This document shows positions 62,478 through 64,000 of a stretch of 64,000 bases of DNA, piece by piece (within the stretch, counting starts at the first letter, position 1; the number at the start of each line of letters is the position of its first letter). The stretch is taken from NCBI RefSeq assembly GCF_963921235.1, contig NC_086097.1:22074001-22138000 (forward strand). The letters run 5' to 3'. Under the pieces are notes generated by a model. It was not told the origin of the DNA and did no database searches. It saw nothing but the letters and a program-made list of their open reading frames with translations. The DNA is from Mobula hypostoma (lineage: Eukaryota). Both the position numbers and the translations under genes were made by a program.

Positions 62478-63073
62478 CTGAGGTCTCCGCCGGTCAGAGT
62501 TGATCATGGATATTGTATCCTAATTGTCTAGATACACAAACCTGGGCAGTATGATATGGAGAGTAAGCTGTTGCCCATGTAACAAGCTCCCCCTCTCCAT
62601 GCATCTGATGAACCCAAAGGAATGGTAGAGACCAATACAGTTTGGTATCAGAAGCATTGCAGGAGTTGCTGGTCAGCATTGAACTTAATGTGTGACTGCC
62701 TTAGGGACTCCAGTTTCGGACTTTTCCTTCAGGATTTACTCCTGAAGCCTTTCCCATGAGTAGGTATAGCCGCAAGGCAGCGGAGATTTGAGATCAAAGG
62801 TTTCCTTTTCCTAGCTGAGCTGCAAAACATGGCTGATGAACCCTATTGGCCTGAAGCAATTGGTTTTAAGGCAACAGTAACCCACCTTTGCCCCTTCTCC
62901 TGTCAGTAGAAAAGGTTCCGCTGGCCTTAGTAGCTAAACCACATGTGAAGGCCAAGACCTGGACTTGGTTGTCAAAGGCTATTTGAGGTGTAAGCCACTG
63001 GGAGCATTTAATAGGTGGGAGCTTGTCCCCATTACCATACCCCGGCTATAAGAGCCTTAAGGTTGTTATATTA
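62478..63073 (-). mobile_element. RTE-type non-autonomous element inserted in Gypsy gag
   Basis: TSD CTTGCATT (62470-62477 and 63074-63081); its 3' half is homologous to 11385-11740. Confidence 0.75.
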
Positions 63074-63482
63074 CTTGCATTACTTTCACAATATTAGCAA
63101 AGCTCGTTTCAGCTGGTTTGGTTGGAGCAGACAAACTTTTAACAAACTGTATGCACTTCCACTGATTGCACTCAACAAAACTGGCATCCACTTTTTATTG
63201 GTTCTTTCATTTGCTTTAAAATGCTGCTCAATTTGTTCAGTATACATTAGCCACTTATCAGCCATGCAATCAAACGCATGTAGCCAGCCATTTCTACTCT
63301 TTTGTTATTTATGATCATTATCACCCAGTACTCACTATTTATGAATCTGTCAATTAATCTGTTTTATGCCTTTTTTAAAAACTCAAATGTCTTGCTGTGC
63401 TTTTCTTTTAACTTGAACATCTGGCCATGCTTCAACAGGTAGGTAGTCGTATCGGGTTCATTTAAAACTTCATTGTCATCAC

Positions 63483-63731
63483 TGTTATGTTTTATAACTC
63501 CAAAACATAAAACTAATTGAAAAAAAAATGGGAGCCCAGAAGAAGGTATCTTGGTTTCATCTTTACTTTAGCGAAGTACACCCTTGTGATGTGGTGGCCC
63601 TGATGATGTATTTCATCCATGTGCTTTTACATATAACCCATAAAGAATTATTTAAACAAACAAAGAATGGTTAATCAAACAATATATTTACCAGATTACT
63701 CACATATTACTGCAATATTAAATACACAACA
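63483..63731 (-). repeat. 5' LTR of the Gypsy element
   Basis: TGTTA...CAACA; homologous to 54799-55038. Followed on the minus strand by a decayed PBS-like GTGATGACAATG. Confidence 0.88.
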
Positions 63732-64000
63732 TTGATCACTCTCTTTCCCCTCAGACCCTCTTTCTTGCACTGTAAAGCTATGTCCTCTCATTTTTGAAGC
63801 CCTTACTATGGGAGAAGTGTTGCAACTATCTCCCCCATACCTGTGCATTTCAAAATCTTATGTGCTGTACTTCTATCAGGTTACACCTCAGTCTTATTCC
63901 CTCCAGAGGAAACAAACCCAACCTATCCAGTCGTTGAAGCTTTTGTATCTGTTGCCTGATGGGAGAGAGAAGAAGAGATAACGTCAGGGGTGGGTAGGGT

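Larger units (their letters stand above)
54799..63731 (-). mobile_element. Full-length decayed Ty3/Gypsy LTR retrotransposon (Mag-like) with nested insertions
   Basis: Paired LTRs. On the minus strand: gag with tandem Zn knuckles (CYHC...CRKCNKVGHIQRGC, about 62000-62115), protease LELDAGLAVS (about 61800), RT YGVTSAPA...YHLDD (about 60950-61050), RNase H CDASLYGIGAVMSH (about 60500), integrase GHLGVVKMKALA...WWPG...CSGC (57700-57830) and LVTDNG...APYHPSTNGLMERFV (56750-56890). Domain order PR-RT-RH-IN. Confidence 0.93.

Noticed and set aside
62603..62640. Hammerhead at CTGATGAACCC (also at about 11518)
   Set aside because: No properly spaced GAAA box or helix II follows, and it lies antisense to the element.

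Overview
Eukaryotic, vertebrate-type, repeat-dense DNA with no recognisable host protein-coding gene, so probably intergenic or part of a large intron. The repeat mix suggests a cartilaginous fish such as a ray or shark (inference only): CR1 LINEs with an SGNH-esterase ORF1, V-SINE/HE1-like SINEs, Rex1/Babar fragments and Penelope pseudo-LTR pieces. Nearly all long ORFs in the track are CR1 ORF2 fragments or their antisense shadows. Main structures: (1) many nested CR1 copies, the best preserved at 13842-16980 and 39030-40460; (2) two R4/Dong-clade retrotransposons with a restriction-like endonuclease, stacked head-to-tail at short (TAA)n tracts (19697-22965); (3) a full-length but decayed Gypsy LTR element (54799-63731) carrying five later insertions; (4) a solo LTR, a hAT MITE and a Tc1-type MITE, each with a clean target-site duplication (TSD); (5) retroelement-borne self-cleaving RNA motifs, namely minimal hammerheads in Penelope fragments and candidate HDV-like folds at the 5' ends of RTE-type non-autonomous elements; (6) a minisatellite grown from a SINE tail and a possibly chimeric SINE/CR1 subfamily. 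I found no convincing novel protein-coding system. The most promising leads are the ribozyme candidates and the site-specific Dong-like tandem. Coordinates of decayed repeats are approximate (tens of bp) unless a TSD is quoted. Family names come from motif recognition, not database searches.
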